Assembly: GCF_030028105.1 (NCBI RefSeq)
Contig: NC_092382.1
Location: 100,952,699-101,016,698, forward strand
From: Mobula birostris
Taxonomy: Eukaryota
Direction: 5' to 3'
Length of the DNA: 64,000 bases
Positions 50,528-62,512 of the stretch are shown in pieces. Both the position numbers and the translations under genes were made by a program. Every line of letters begins with the position of its first letter. Position 1 is the stretch's first letter. Below the pieces are notes generated by a model. The model was not told the DNA's origin. It saw nothing but the letters and a program-made list of their open reading frames with translations, and ran no database searches.

Positions 50528-51148
50528 AATACTCCAGGCACAGAGATACGCGGCCGACGATTTAGCCTCCAGTTTGTCGGACTTCAGGAGGAATTCGTTG
50601 GTCCTCGGTCTCTCCGCCGTAAAACCGCCGACCAATTTCTCCGGTTGCACTGAATTAGCTGCGGTCGAGTGAAACATGTACTCCGGTCGGTTTCCCGGGA
50701 ATTGTCGGTACCAGTACAACCAGTCGATAGCACTGACACTGCCCTCTACTGTGCAATTCAGGGTCACCTTCTGGCCGGGAGTTCCGGAGAAACCCGGAGT
50801 CTGGTGGATCGTCTGGAAAAGGAGACGGGGGTGGAAAATGCGGTGATTGATCAGGGAGACCCAGGTCAATAGGGAAGGGCAGAAAGATGGTGCATTGAGG
50901 GAAGGAAGGAGAAGATCTGGGGTTGGGAAAGATGGAGAGGAGGACGGAATTAGAGGCGGCAGCAGAGGGAAGATAGTGTTCGGACGCGAGGTCCCGTAAA
51001 TAAATTTTGAAATATTCCGAGACTACTGGAAGGTAAAACACGTGAAAGGAATCTGAAAGGAAGAGAGGAGCAAAGAAATAAAAATTAATATTGTTTGTCA
51101 ACATCACTCACAGTGGAAGGCGAGGAGAAACCGCAGAAATAAAAGCAT
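50528..51148 (-). pseudogene. TRBV: TRBV probable pseudogene V15 (family D); leader 51148-51112, exon 50812-50528
   Basis: The exon is open by itself (TIHQTPGFSG..YLCAWSI) but lacks the first 14 nt found in V16/V17, so splicing to the phase-1 leader frameshifts it. RSS is CACGGCG 50527-50521, 23 nt, ACAAAAACT 50497-50489. Confidence 0.75.
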
Positions 51149-51331
51149 CTTCCTTGGAGGGTTTATTCTCTCAGTGATGAAAGTGTTGTGTGCGGCAGAG
51201 ACGAGTCCATTCACTTGTTACTGATATCAGTGACGTCGGTGGACTTGCGGAAGTAGCGATCAGCCACGCCCCTTCCATGAACCTATCCGATCTCAGGGAT
51301 GTGTTGTTATGCTCCACTAATTAAAGCAGCC

Positions 51332-51399
<68 letters not shown>

Positions 51400-52399
51400 G
51401 CACACACAGACACACGCTCTGAATCGATCTATCTCTCTGCTCAACTTCGTCGCCCTCTGCACGCCCTATATCTCTTCCTTGCTGACTTTTAATGCTTCTT
51501 CGTCTTCGGATTATCGGAATACTAGAGATCCGCTGTGAGAAGAGGGGCCACAACACAGCAATTCTTTATTGAAAACACGAATCTCTCTGAATAATGACCG
51601 TACTCTAAACCACATGTGAAATTTTTGTCCATTTGCAACTCCCGTTGTTAGCCTGTTCTATGTCGCAGACCTCCTCTCTCAGAAAGCAGGAGACATACGG
51701 AGCACACCGGGAACATATTCACTCTCCAAGCTAAAGATTTGGAATCTGTATTCTAAACCCCCCAGATCGCAGCTAAACCACGTTTAATAACCCGGGTTCT
51801 ACATGCAGCAGGTCCCTATATATCGGCTGGCACGCCACATACGCCAAATTTTCCAAATCTGTACGCGCCAGCAAATCGGGTAACACCCCGTATACGCCGA
51901 CAACCCCAAATCCGTGCGCACCCGAAAATCCGCCTGACAAAACTATTTCTGTTCCTACCCCCAGATCCGCCAACACCCTCATATTCTGTCATCTTCAGTG
52001 ATTGGTGAACATCAATATCTCTCTGTTCCCTCCAAGGACGGCATTTTCTGACGTTCGCGGTATGTGTCCTACAGCTGTTCTCCAGTCTCTCCCTGTTTCC
52101 TAACTATCCGGCTGTCCCCTACCCTAGGCTGTAGAATAAAGGAAAGATGGAGTGGGGGAGAGCAGTGACGATCATATTCACCCATCTGAATGTTAGAGAA
52201 GGGAAGGAAATTAGATATCACGGCATAATAGCTCCGCCCCTTATTCACACTGATTGGCCGCAACGGCGCAGCGCCTGACAGATAGACCCTCCTCCCACCC
52301 GATGATTGACAGGAGTCGTATTTCCTGTTTTGATGAAAGCACAGACCCTCCTGACGGCGAGGTTTTTGTTCGGCTGCCCCGTCAGTCTGAGCCGCCGTG

Positions 52400-53037
52400 A
52401 TAACTCCAAGCGCAGAAATACACAGCCGACGAAATCGCCTCCAGTTTGTCGGACTTCAGGAAGAACTCGTTGCTCTGCGATCTGTCCGCCTTAAAACCGT
52501 CGACCAATCCCTCCGGTTCGACGGAATGAACTGCTATCGAGCGAAACATGTACTCCGGACTCTTTCCCGCATATTGTCGGTACCAGTACAATCAGTAATC
52601 AGCACTGGTACTACCGTCTACTGTACAATTCAGGGTCACCTTCTGGCCGGCAGTTCCGGAGAAAGCCGGTGTCTGGTGGATCGTCACCGAGGCCGCGTCT
52701 GGAAAAAAGAGACCAGCTTGGCTGAACGGGGAAAAGGGAAGCGGAGATGCGGATCAATGGGGAGGAGGATAAACAGGGTGCACTGAAGGAAGCGAAAACG
52801 ATGACTGAAGAAGCGGACACTTCGAGAGAAGATCGGAATTTAATGGCGACGGCAGAGGGCAAAAAGTCTGCGGACGCGATGGCCAGTAAATTAAGAAGGA
52901 ATTGGTCCGACACGATGGGAGGGGAAAGCAAGTGGAAGGAACGTGAAAGGTAGACAGAAGCAGAGAATGAAAAAAAAAATATTTGGGAACTTTCACTCAC
53001 AGCGGAAGGCGAGGATGAATTGCAGAAACAGGAACAT
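52400..53037 (-). pseudogene. TRBV: TRBV pseudogene V16 (family D); leader 53037-53001, exon 52698-52400
   Basis: In-frame TGA at 52594-52592 in CDR1 (TGG in V15). RSS is CACGGCG 52399-52393, 23 nt, ACAAAAACC 52369-52361. Confidence 0.88.
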
Positions 53038-53114
53038 CTTCCTTGGAGGGTTTCCTCTCTCAGTGATGAAAGTGGTGCGGGCGGCGGAGACGAATTTATT
53101 CACTTCCATCCGGT

Positions 53115-53140
53115 TTGTTACGTAACCCAGTGACGTAGGA
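53115..53140 (-). promoter_or_regulatory. Family D promoter bZIP sites (V16; homologous at 51229, 56928, 58699)
   Basis: Palindrome GTTACGTAAC 53117-53126 plus AGTGACGTAG 53129-53138, ~90 nt upstream of the leader ATG. V15 has AGTGACGTCG at 51229-51238. Confidence 0.55.
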
Positions 53141-53500
53141 GGATTTGAGGACGTAGCCGTTGGCCACGGCCCTCCCATACTCCAACCCGATTCGAGGCTG
53201 TTGCTTCCGGTCTACTAGTATGGCCACACAGTACACTCTCTGTCACTGTCCCCGTCCCTCCCTCTCCCTGTTTTACTCACCTCTTCAGCTCACCATGAGT
53301 GATTTTTTAATGCTCCGTATACTTTGTAATTTCGGAAATCTACATCAAACTGTGAAAGAAGGAGGATTCAAAGCGAACAGCATCGATGCTCCAACACAAT
53401 TCGGGAGTTCTGCCGCTTCTGCTCTAACGGTTTGACCAGACAACACTCTCCCTCTCGTCGTCCCACCTTATCGCTTTCTTCATCTCCCACCCCCGTGACA

Positions 53501-53505
<5 letters not shown>

Positions 53506-53582
<77 letters not shown>
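53506..53582. repeat. (CT)n microsatellite; other long (CA)n, (GA)n and (CTAT)n tracts at ~671-720, 1690-1767, 7091-7123, 23840-23916, 26601-26642, 51336-51398, 59470-59520, 63283-63400
   Basis: Directly visible simple repeats. Confidence 0.95.
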
Positions 53583-53588
<6 letters not shown>

Positions 53589-54098
53589 TTCACTCTTTCT
53601 CTGTCTGAAGATTATTACCTTTCTCTGGGTACGGCCCTCTCCACTCGGTTACCGATAAGCTGAAATAGTTTGTTTCCCTCCTCTGGTGTCGATCTCATTA
53701 TCAGTACAAACCTCTGACTTCCTCTGTCCCTCTCTTTCGCCCCTCCATCACCCTCACCCCCGGAGCTCACTATGTGTGATGATTTTATTGCCACCAAGTC
53801 TTTGAATTTGAGGAAAACTACACAGCTGGTATAAGGAGACGGGCCACAATTCACCTCCCTTTCGTTGAAATCAAGGGACTCGCGTAAAGAGAGCCACACG
53901 CCCGATGAAAGGCATTGTGTTCTGCATGGAGTAGCCTTCCATATTCGATATCTCACTTTCTCTCTCTGCCTGAGCCTCTATCTCTGTCTCCTAGCCCTTG
54001 TTCCATCGCAGCCGAAGAAAAGAAATCATCTTTATAAAAGTTATGCTGCCTTTCACTCCCTTCGAAAAATCTAACATAAATTTTACTTTAGTGCATTT

Positions 54099-54112
54099 CC
54101 GCCCCCTAGTGG
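54099..54112 (-). promoter_or_regulatory. CTCF-like motif, intergenic
   Basis: CCACTAGGGGGCGG matches the core consensus. Confidence 0.6.
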
Positions 54113-55199
54113 TAGCGGCCTGTGTGTCCACTTGTCGCCCTCCGATCAAGCTAAATGTTGCATCGCAGCCGAAGAGAAAATTCACCTTTGAATTTTACTG
54201 CAGAGGAGAGGACGTATCAATGCAATGACTAAACACAAAAGGGGCGTGGGCCGGCTGCCCACATTGTTGGTCTGATCTTGCAGTTTAGGGACATCAATTC
54301 GGAAGGAGGATTGAATTTCCTACCCTCTATCAGGTCTAAACCATGGCCAATGTCGCACGACGTAACTCCGCCAAGAACACCAGCCCTCTCCATGGTTCTA
54401 TGAGGTTTTGATTTACTTGAGATCAACGGCAAAATAACTAGCATGCAATGTGTCCTCATGCCAACATCCGCCCCAGAGAGACACCAGACGCTTTGGCATC
54501 AAGTGTAGAACATTGCCAGAATTCAGGAGAAGCACTTTGCGTTGTCTGCTTAGACTGCGGCTATGCTACTGCCCCGTTGACGGCTGCGTCACTTCCTGCG
54601 CGTCACACCCTGGGCACCATTACGAATCAAAGCCGAAAGAAGAGCGAAGTTGGAAGTGCAGTTGATGTTGAAAGACAGTCCCAGGATTTGGCGAGGAGAA
54701 GATAGCGGCGCGACGCAGCGCGCGCGGCCGCTCCGATATAACATCCGTATTTGTTAAGAGGGAAACAGTGCACAATCCTGATTAGACGGAGACAGAAGTG
54801 AGCAGCACGGAGGAACATCTGGAGAAACTTATGAAATGCCGCTGCTACTGTGCGATCAAGAATCTCCGGCGGGGGGCGGGGGAGGGAGGGGGAAGGGCCA
54901 AATCCTCGGCTTGAATTAACGGCTTCTCAGACAGAGGACGGAGGAGATGATTTAGTCCCTCGGAGTCTCGAGTGGATGGCCGTTCCGTTATCAGAGCAGA
55001 TTTTCGCCGGCTGTCAATCAGTGAGCGTGAAGTGCCTGCAGTCAGAGGCCGCTGTGTAGCGGCCAGTCAGAGAAACGCGCCCGGCGGGAATACTCATTTC
55101 GTGTTTACTTTACATATAAATACAATGCAAAACAGACCTTTTCAGCCCAACGAGCTACACTGCTCAGAAAACCACTAACCTCACCCCAGAGCAGAACAT

Positions 55200-55325
55200 G
55201 GCAATGTAAAATGACCAATTCAGCTGCTAACCTGCGCGTGCTCGGACTGTGGGAGGAAGCCGGATCACCCGGAGCAAACACGCGCCCTTCACGGCGAGAA
55301 CGTGCAAACTCCGGACAGATGACGA
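55200..55325 (+). mobile_element. V-SINE-like fragment
   Basis: TGTGGGAGGAAGCCGGATCACCCGGAGCAAACACGCG..GAGAACGTGCAAACTCC resembles the conserved V-SINE core as I recall it. Related degenerate pieces lie on the minus strand 3' of family A genes (e.g. 2870-2940). Confidence 0.5.
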
Positions 55326-56207
55326 CTGGATCAGTTTGCTGAGTTTAGACGGGATGTGGGCAGGAATCGAGCATGATATGGTGGTTCACGATACGGGCGG
55401 TAGGGGGCGCTGCGGCCAGCAAAATAAGGAATTGCTGTCAATCAAAGCCAGTCTCCGCTGTGGGGCCGTCACTCAGAAGAGGATGGGAGCGAAAATATAT
55501 ACCGAAGACATCCGTGACTATTTTGGAGCGGTTGTGGCAATTCCTTACACTTTCTGCCCCATCACAGTTGAATCAGGTAATGGATGTCACTGCGAATAGG
55601 GTATAATAAGAGATCCTTTAACTCCTCACTTCACCCAGTCATCCTTTCATGGGCAGAGGCCGCCGACAGCTGATCATCAGATCACCCTGTCCTGGAGCAG
55701 AAGTTCAATTTGTACCCGAGAGAAGCTTAACTTTAAAAATGCTTCCTCTCCCTGGGATGAGTACTTTGGAGAATCTGTTGGCGTTTCCGTACCTCTGCGT
55801 TTGACGGGGTGGAAGTGCGAGCCCCCATGCCCAACCCTGCTCCATTTCTCGACCTTTCAAAGAATCTCATTTCACGTCCCATGTGCTTCTCGTTACATTA
55901 GCGGTCGCACTCAAGAGTGACGATCCACCCGTGCTGAAGATCGGTAAGAAGTTTGCTCGTAAGGAAGGATGGAGACAGAAGATCAGTGCGCGGATTATCT
56001 TTTCCTATTTGAATGCTTTAGTGGAGGACATGGAAAGTTGTACCACCGCCCCTTCCTTCACTAATTTGCCGCTACGGCGCGTATGACAAATCATAGACCC
56101 ACCCACACTATGATTGACAGGAGTCGTGTTTCCTGTTTTGTTGACAGCAGCGAGTACGCTGACAGTGAAGTTTTTGTTCGGCTGCCCCGTCAGTCTGAGC
56201 CGCCGTG

Positions 56208-56848
56208 AACAACACTCCAGGCGCAGAAATACACGGCCGCCAAATTCGCCTCCAGTTTGTCGGACTTCAGGAAGATCTTGTTGCTCTGCGGTCTCTCCGC
56301 CGTAAAACCGCCGACCGGGTCCTTTGGCAGCACGGCTTTAACTATCGCCGAGTAAAACATGTTCTCCGGACCCTTTCCCGGGAATTGTCGATACCAGTAC
56401 AACACGTTACCAGCACTGCCAATACCCTCTACTGTGCAATTCAGAGTCACCTTCTGGCCGGCAGTTCCGGAGAAAGCCGGCGTCTGGTCGATCGTCACCG
56501 AGGTCGCGTCTGGAAAAAAAGAGACGAGCTTGGCTGAACGGGGAAAAGGGGAGCGGAGACGCGGATCAATGGGGATGGGGATAAGCAAGGTACATTGAAG
56601 GATGCAAAAAAGATGACTGAAGATGGGGACATTTTGAGAGGAGATCGGAATTTAATGGCGGCGGCAGTGGGCAGATAGTCTGCGGCCGTATGTGTTCGTA
56701 AATAAGTACGGAATGAGTCCGAGACGACGGGAGGGCAAAGCAAGTGGAAGGAACGTGAAAGGAAGACACAAGCAGAGAATGAAAAAAAAATATTTGGGAA
56801 CTTTCACTCACAGCGGAAGGCGAGGATGAATTGCAGAAACAGAAACAT
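56208..56848 (-). CDS. TRBV: TCR beta V segment V17 (family D); leader 56848-56812, V exon 56509-56208
   Basis: Leader MFLFLQFILAFR; exon ATSVTIDQTP..NCTVEG..LYWYRQ..YFCAWSVV is open and closely recalls human TRBV30. RSS is CACGGCG 56207-56201, 23 nt, ACAAAAACT 56177-56169. Confidence 0.88.
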
Positions 56849-57941
56849 CTTCCTTGGAGGGTTTACTCTCTCAGTGATGAAAGTGGTCCGGGCGGCAGAG
56901 ACGAATTCATTCACTTCATCCCCGTTTGTTACGTATCCCTGTGACGGAGGTGGATTTGCGGAAGTAGCTATTGCCCACGCCCCTTTCATGAACCTGCCCC
57001 GATTCGAGAGATAGGCCTCCCTCCGGCGCAGCTGAGAAAGTGTCCACAATGATGAGCGACAGGCCGAATGGGCGGGAGGTAGGTTTAGGGAGACTGCAGA
57101 TAGCTTGAAGTCTCAATCTAGTTGGCCTTACTGGGAAGTTACGATCAACACGGTCATGTAACGAAGAACCGGCTGTGAACTTCCTTGCGCGGAAGAATTT
57201 CTCTTATTTGAATGCTTAGGAAAGAAACGAAAGAGCAACGCCTGCGCCACGTACTCTGACGAATAGCAACATATCGCATTCTGAGTGAAAGCCTCTTCCT
57301 GCATGACAGTCGGCTCAACGGTTATCTTGCTAACAACGGGCTTCTGTTGTGCGTGAAAGAATTCCATTCCTGACGACCCCGAGATCCCAAACAACCGAGC
57401 GTGGAACCCAGGTTCTCCTGTTCCTTAACACCTCACGCCATTCACTGTGTGTGTCCTACCCTTGCACACTGAGGTCCCCCGGTCCCTTGACACTCCCCAC
57501 AGTCGACTGTGAGTCCTATCCTTATATACTGAGGGCCCGTTGCGCCATGGTTGCCCACCGTTCACGGTGCATGCCGCGCCCCTCTACACCGAACGCCCAC
57601 TGTTCTTGATCATTTCACACCGTTCACAGTGCGCGTCCTACCGTTGTAAACCCAGGTCCCTCTGCTTCTCAACACACCAAGTGTCCGAGCATTTTGAGTA
57701 TCGACCAATGGATGTAGTGGATTAATACGGATTAAGTACTGAGAATGGCGATTTCAGATGGATGTAGTTTCTGTATCGTCTGAGCATCGGAGTGAAGCTT
57801 TCAGGGAACAAGAAAAAACAGAAATGGTGCAAAAATATCTGTGTAGAACCGCTTCCGCCATTTTAATGCCGAACAAGAGAAATGCATTACAAGCGCAGCT
57901 GCAATATCGTCGCCCTGTTATTTCTCTCCGTTGCAGCATCG

Positions 57942-57957
57942 CAGCGCCATCTGTCGG
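57942..57957 (-). promoter_or_regulatory. CTCF-like motif 41 nt beyond the V18 nonamer
   Basis: CCGACAGATGGCGCTG. Confidence 0.55.
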
Positions 57958-58037
57958 ACGGGCTCGCACCTACGGTTCGATTGACATCAAGACGGTGAGG
58001 TTTTTGTTCAGCTCCTCCGTCTGACCCCGTCGCTGTG

Positions 58038-58620
58038 ATCACGCCAGACACAGAAGTACACGGCTGACGAATTCGCCTCCAAGGCGACACAGCTCAGCCT
58101 GAAGATGTAGCTGCTCGGTCTCTCTGCGGTAAAGCCGTACACCGACCCTCTTTACCCGCAAATGTAGAGCAGAACAAGTTTTCGAGTCCCTGTCCCGGGT
58201 GTTGTCTGTACCAGAACATTCTATCAGCCGTGTTACTGCTCCCCTCGACAGTACAGTTCAGCGTCACAGCCCGGCCGGTGGGACTGGAGAAAGCTGGGAT
58301 CTGGTGGATCGTCACCGGGGTCACATCTGAAGAAGAGAGTGGGAGTGAAAAGAGGTGAGCATGCGGACGGCGACAACGACGGGGTAGAGAAGGGGGAGGA
58401 TTGAAGCCGGGGTATTTTCGGGCGGCGGTCGGTATGGAGAGGTTCCGACGAAAAAAGATCAGAGAGAGGATGGAAATGGGCGAAGAAAAGCTCAGAAGGA
58501 GACAGAAAAGGCACAGGACGAGAGGAAGCGAGGATTACCCTAGGGAAAAGAGAGGAAAAAGTATAAGCAATTTTTTCCCTCACAGTAGAAGGAGACGATC
58601 AGTTGCAGAAACAGGAACAT
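58038..58620 (-). pseudogene. TRBV: TRBV pseudogene V18 (family D, divergent); leader 58620-58584, exon 58326-58038
   Basis: The exon is 289 nt with a frameshift in CDR2; the downstream frame reads GFTAERP..AVYFCVWRD. RSS is CACAGCG 58037-58031, 23 nt, ACAAAAACC 58007-57999. Confidence 0.85.
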
Positions 58621-58906
58621 CTTCTCTGGAGGATAATGCCCTCCCAAGTGAAACTGTTGTGTCCAGGAGCAATGAATCCCCTCACTTCAGTCCCGCTTGT
58701 CACGTAACTCAGTGACCTAAATGGTCATTGGTGATACGGATGGCCGCGCCCTCTGCTTCTTTTGGCCAATCAGAATCGAGGCTTGCGGAGTTATACTTTA
58801 CCGAATCATGATTTTCCCTTCTTGGCTTCCCATATCCGTCTCCCATCGATAGACAAGTGTTGATTGACTCGCCGCATTCTCTTCTTCCTTATCTCTCTTT
58901 CTTGCG

Positions 58907-58939
<33 letters not shown>

Positions 58940-59897
58940 CCTTCCTATGCTGGTCATGGTGGATTTCAATATGGAAGGAAATGTTGAAATCGAACCTTAC
59001 ACGGACAGCAGAAGTAGGCAGGTTATTGTTCCTGTCAGGTGCTTGGCGTTGGGCCAAGAAGGAATCGATGAACTGGCCAACGGAGATCCCCTATTCCGGT
59101 GTTATCAATTGGAAAAGTGCTCTGAGTGATGATTAGTACAGAGAGAGCAGAGTGCAGGCTCGAAGCTGTTGGCCCGGGGCTCTCACTCTTTATCTTTCTC
59201 TCATTCTCTCTCTCTCTCTCTCCCTCTCTGTCCCCCTGACTATTGTTCATACTAATGCTCACACCTCTCATAACTTCCTTTTCGGTGTATCACTTTATTT
59301 ATTTATCTTGATATGTATCTTTATGTATCTGAGCATTTATGTCTGAATTAACAGATGTCAATTCGCAAATTATGATCGATGATTTACTTTATTTGTCCCA
59401 TCTACATGGAATGTCAACGACCATCAGGATTCTGTCTGTACAGATAGATCGATAGACAGTGAGATAGGTAGATAGATAGATAGATAGATTGATAGACAGA
59501 TTGGCAGTTAGATAGATAGATGTACAGGTACATAGATAGATAAATAATCCAAAATGACTGAATATAAACGTTTAATCATAGAACTCCATTCTCGTTCTTG
59601 TTCTGTTCGCCCGTGACACATCCCAGTTCTATAAAAGCTCTGATAGATGAAGTCGTGGTTGTCAACTGTTTCCCACGTCGGACAGTCCACCTGTGACTCA
59701 ACCTTCACTTTGGTCCTATGTGATTATCAACGGATCAGAGATTTTTAAAGAAAGCTGAAACACGCGAAGGCGTGCAGTGCAAGGAAAGGTGTATAAAAGG
59801 CACAGTCCTGTGTCTCGGAGCTGAGCAATACCGGACCAGAGTACAGTAAAATGGATCCTGGGCCAGAACAAAATGAGCTGTGAAACGCAATCTGCTA

Positions 59898-59911
59898 CTG
59901 CCCCCTAGTGG
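59898..59911 (-). promoter_or_regulatory. CTCF-like motif 39 nt beyond the V19 nonamer
   Basis: CCACTAGGGGGCAG matches the core consensus. Confidence 0.65.
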
Positions 59912-59989
59912 TGTGAATCAGTTTACGAAGCTCCCAGCGACAGGGCAGAAGGTTTATGTCACACCAGATTCGGCTTGTCTAGCTCTGTG

Positions 59990-60282
59990 CGCTGATACCA
60001 GTGCAGAAGAAGACAACGAAATGGGAGGGCGAGGCGCCTTTCACTTCCAGTTTCAACAGTGTGCTGCTCGTTCTCGTGGCCGTGTAGGACTCGTTTGTGT
60101 ACTTCGTGACGATGCCTTGCCCAGTGGAGAAGATAAGAGCTTCTGTTGCCCGGCCGTGTCTCTGTCTGTACAAAACATATCGTTACCGTCAGTATTGAGC
60201 AGCGTGGATGTGACGCTGACTGACTCGCCAACTCCAGTTGACAAGGAGGGTGGCACCTGTTCCACGTACGCGGCCAGAACGC
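59990..60282 (-). pseudogene. TRBV: TRBV pseudogene V19 (family E, divergent), V exon
   Basis: VEQVPPSLSTGVGES..; the first Cys is lost (TSTLL) and a 1-nt deletion falls in the Trp codon of WYRQ; the downstream frame ends FFCTGIS. RSS is CACAGAG 59989-59983, 23 nt, ACATAAACC 59959-59951. Leader not confidently located. Confidence 0.82.
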
Positions 60283-60539
60283 CTGCAAGGTGAAAAATCT
60301 ATTAGACTACTACTTTCTCTCAATAATAAACAAGGTATTCTGCAAAGTCAGACAGAAGGAACACGTGCCCCTAAAAATTACCGGCCATCCTTACGAAGAC
60401 CCAACGAGATATCATCCTTTGGACCAATGAACAGCACGTGAAAAATGCCATAGCAAAGAAACACGCCGTGCGCCAAGTTAAACAATCTTAGAGCAGAATG
60501 AAAAATTACACCGGGATATCTTTATCTTTATATCGCGAT

Positions 60540-61127
60540 AGAATTTAAGAGTCGCGATGTAATGACGCAGCTCTATAAAACTCTGGTTAGGCCACACTTG
60601 GAGTATTGTGTCCAGTTCTGGTCACCTCACTGTAGGAAGGATGTGGAAGCATTGGAAAGGGTACCGAGGAGATTTACCAGGATGCTGCCTGGTTTAGAAA
60701 GTATGCATTATGATCAGAGATTAAGGGAGCTAGGGCTTAACTCTTTGGAGAGAAGGAGGATGAGAGGAGACATGATAGAGGTGTACAAGATAATAAGAGG
60801 AATAGATAGAGTGGATAGCCAGCGCCTCTTCCCCAGGGCACCACTGCTCAATACAAGAGGACATGGCTTTAAGGTGAGGGGGGGGGGGAAGTTCAAGGGG
60901 GATATTAGAGGAAGGTTTTTAACTCAGAGAGTGGTTGGTACGTGGAATGCACTGCCTGAGTCAGTGGTGGAGACAGATACACTAGTGAAGTTTAAGAGAC
61001 TACTAGACAGGTATATGGAGGGATTTAAGTTGGGGACTTATATGGGACGCAGGGTTTGAGGGTCGGCACAACATTGCGGGCCGAAGGGCCTGTACTGTGC
61101 TGTTCTATTCTATGTTCTATGTTCTAT
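60540..61127 (+). mobile_element. CR1-type LINE 3' fragment
   Basis: LYKTLVRPHLEYCVQFWSPH..RVVGTWNALPE with a (TTCTATG)n tail. Confidence 0.9.
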
Positions 61128-62496
61128 ATCTGTCAACTTACCCGAATTTGATCAGCGCTTAGAATCCGGAAGTGAACCCCCTTTACAGTACCTCCGATAA
61201 ACATACAAATAGACACTTCCAAGTTTAATCCCGCCCGCCGGAGAGGATGTATCATTTCAATGACAAAACACAGAGGGGCCTGGGACGGCCGTCCACATTG
61301 CTGGTCTGATGTTGCAGTTGAGAGACATGAGTAGTAAAGGAGGATCCGAATTTCGGAACCTTCATCAAGCTAAACCTCGGCAAATGTTGCGATACGTAAC
61401 TCCGCCAAGAACACCAGCCCTCTCCATGAATCTATGATGTTTTGACTGACTTGGGATCAACAGCATTCAATGTGTCCCACATGCCAACATCCGCCCCAGG
61501 CAGACACCAGCCGCTTTGCTATCAAGTGTAGCAGAATGCCAGCATTGAGGAGAAGCACTTTGCCTTGTCTGTTTGGACTGCGTCTATGCTACTGTCCGGT
61601 GAACGGCTGCGTCACTTCCTGCGCGTCATACCCGAGCATCATTTCAGATCACATGCGGAAAAAGAGCGAATTTGGAAGTGCAGTTGGTGTTAAACGACAG
61701 TTTCATTAATTGTTGAGCAAACAGACGTAGGAAAGAAACTTGTTTCGATTGGGTGATTAATCAGGGGTTCAGGAACTACCACCAGTAAAAACATAATTAT
61801 GAGTTTCCAGTGTGTNNNNNNNNNNNNNNNNNNNNNNNNNNNNNNNNNNNNNNNNNNNNNNNNNNNNNNNNNNNNNNNNNNNNNNNNNNNNNNNNNNNNN
61901 NNNNNNNNNNNNNNNNNNNNNNNNNNNNNNNNNNNNNNNNNNNNNNCTATGAATCGAGCGAACTCTCTATCAATCTGTTATCTGGCTGTAATTCTACTTT
62001 CCATTTATCGGTTGAAATCTCACTGGTATCTGTTCTGGGAAAGGTACGCCCTTTACCACAGGGATGGGCTACGCCTGAACGCGAGGGTGAACAAATTCTC
62101 TTCCTGGCAGTTTTGCTGAAGGTATTCAGGAGGGTTTAAACTAATTATTAATCTACCAATAAGTCACTTATACAAACACAATATAGATTTGTTATTATCG
62201 CCTGAAGCTAAAATGAACATTGCTTTGAACACCATCGCTGCAAATTATTTAAGCACTTAAGTTATAAATTTTTCTGTGGCTCAAAGGGGACTTGCCAAAT
62301 TCCTTTAGCCTCGTAAGAAATTCGAGGCGGTCACTGTTTTTCTTTTCTGGGAAGTGTTTCTGAATTACTTCAGGCATCCTTGCCTTTTTCGCTGATCTGA
62401 TTTCCTGATATTACGTACTGGGTTAGGTGGATGGGAAGAATCAAAAGGCAATTGCAGTGTGATGCAGCCGCGACCCGGACAGTGAAATTCAATGTG

Positions 62497-62512
62497 CAGC
62501 GACCCCTACTGG
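62497..62512 (-). promoter_or_regulatory. CTCF-like motif 42 nt beyond the V20 nonamer
   Basis: CCAGTAGGGGTCGCTG, identical to the V14 site. Confidence 0.5.
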
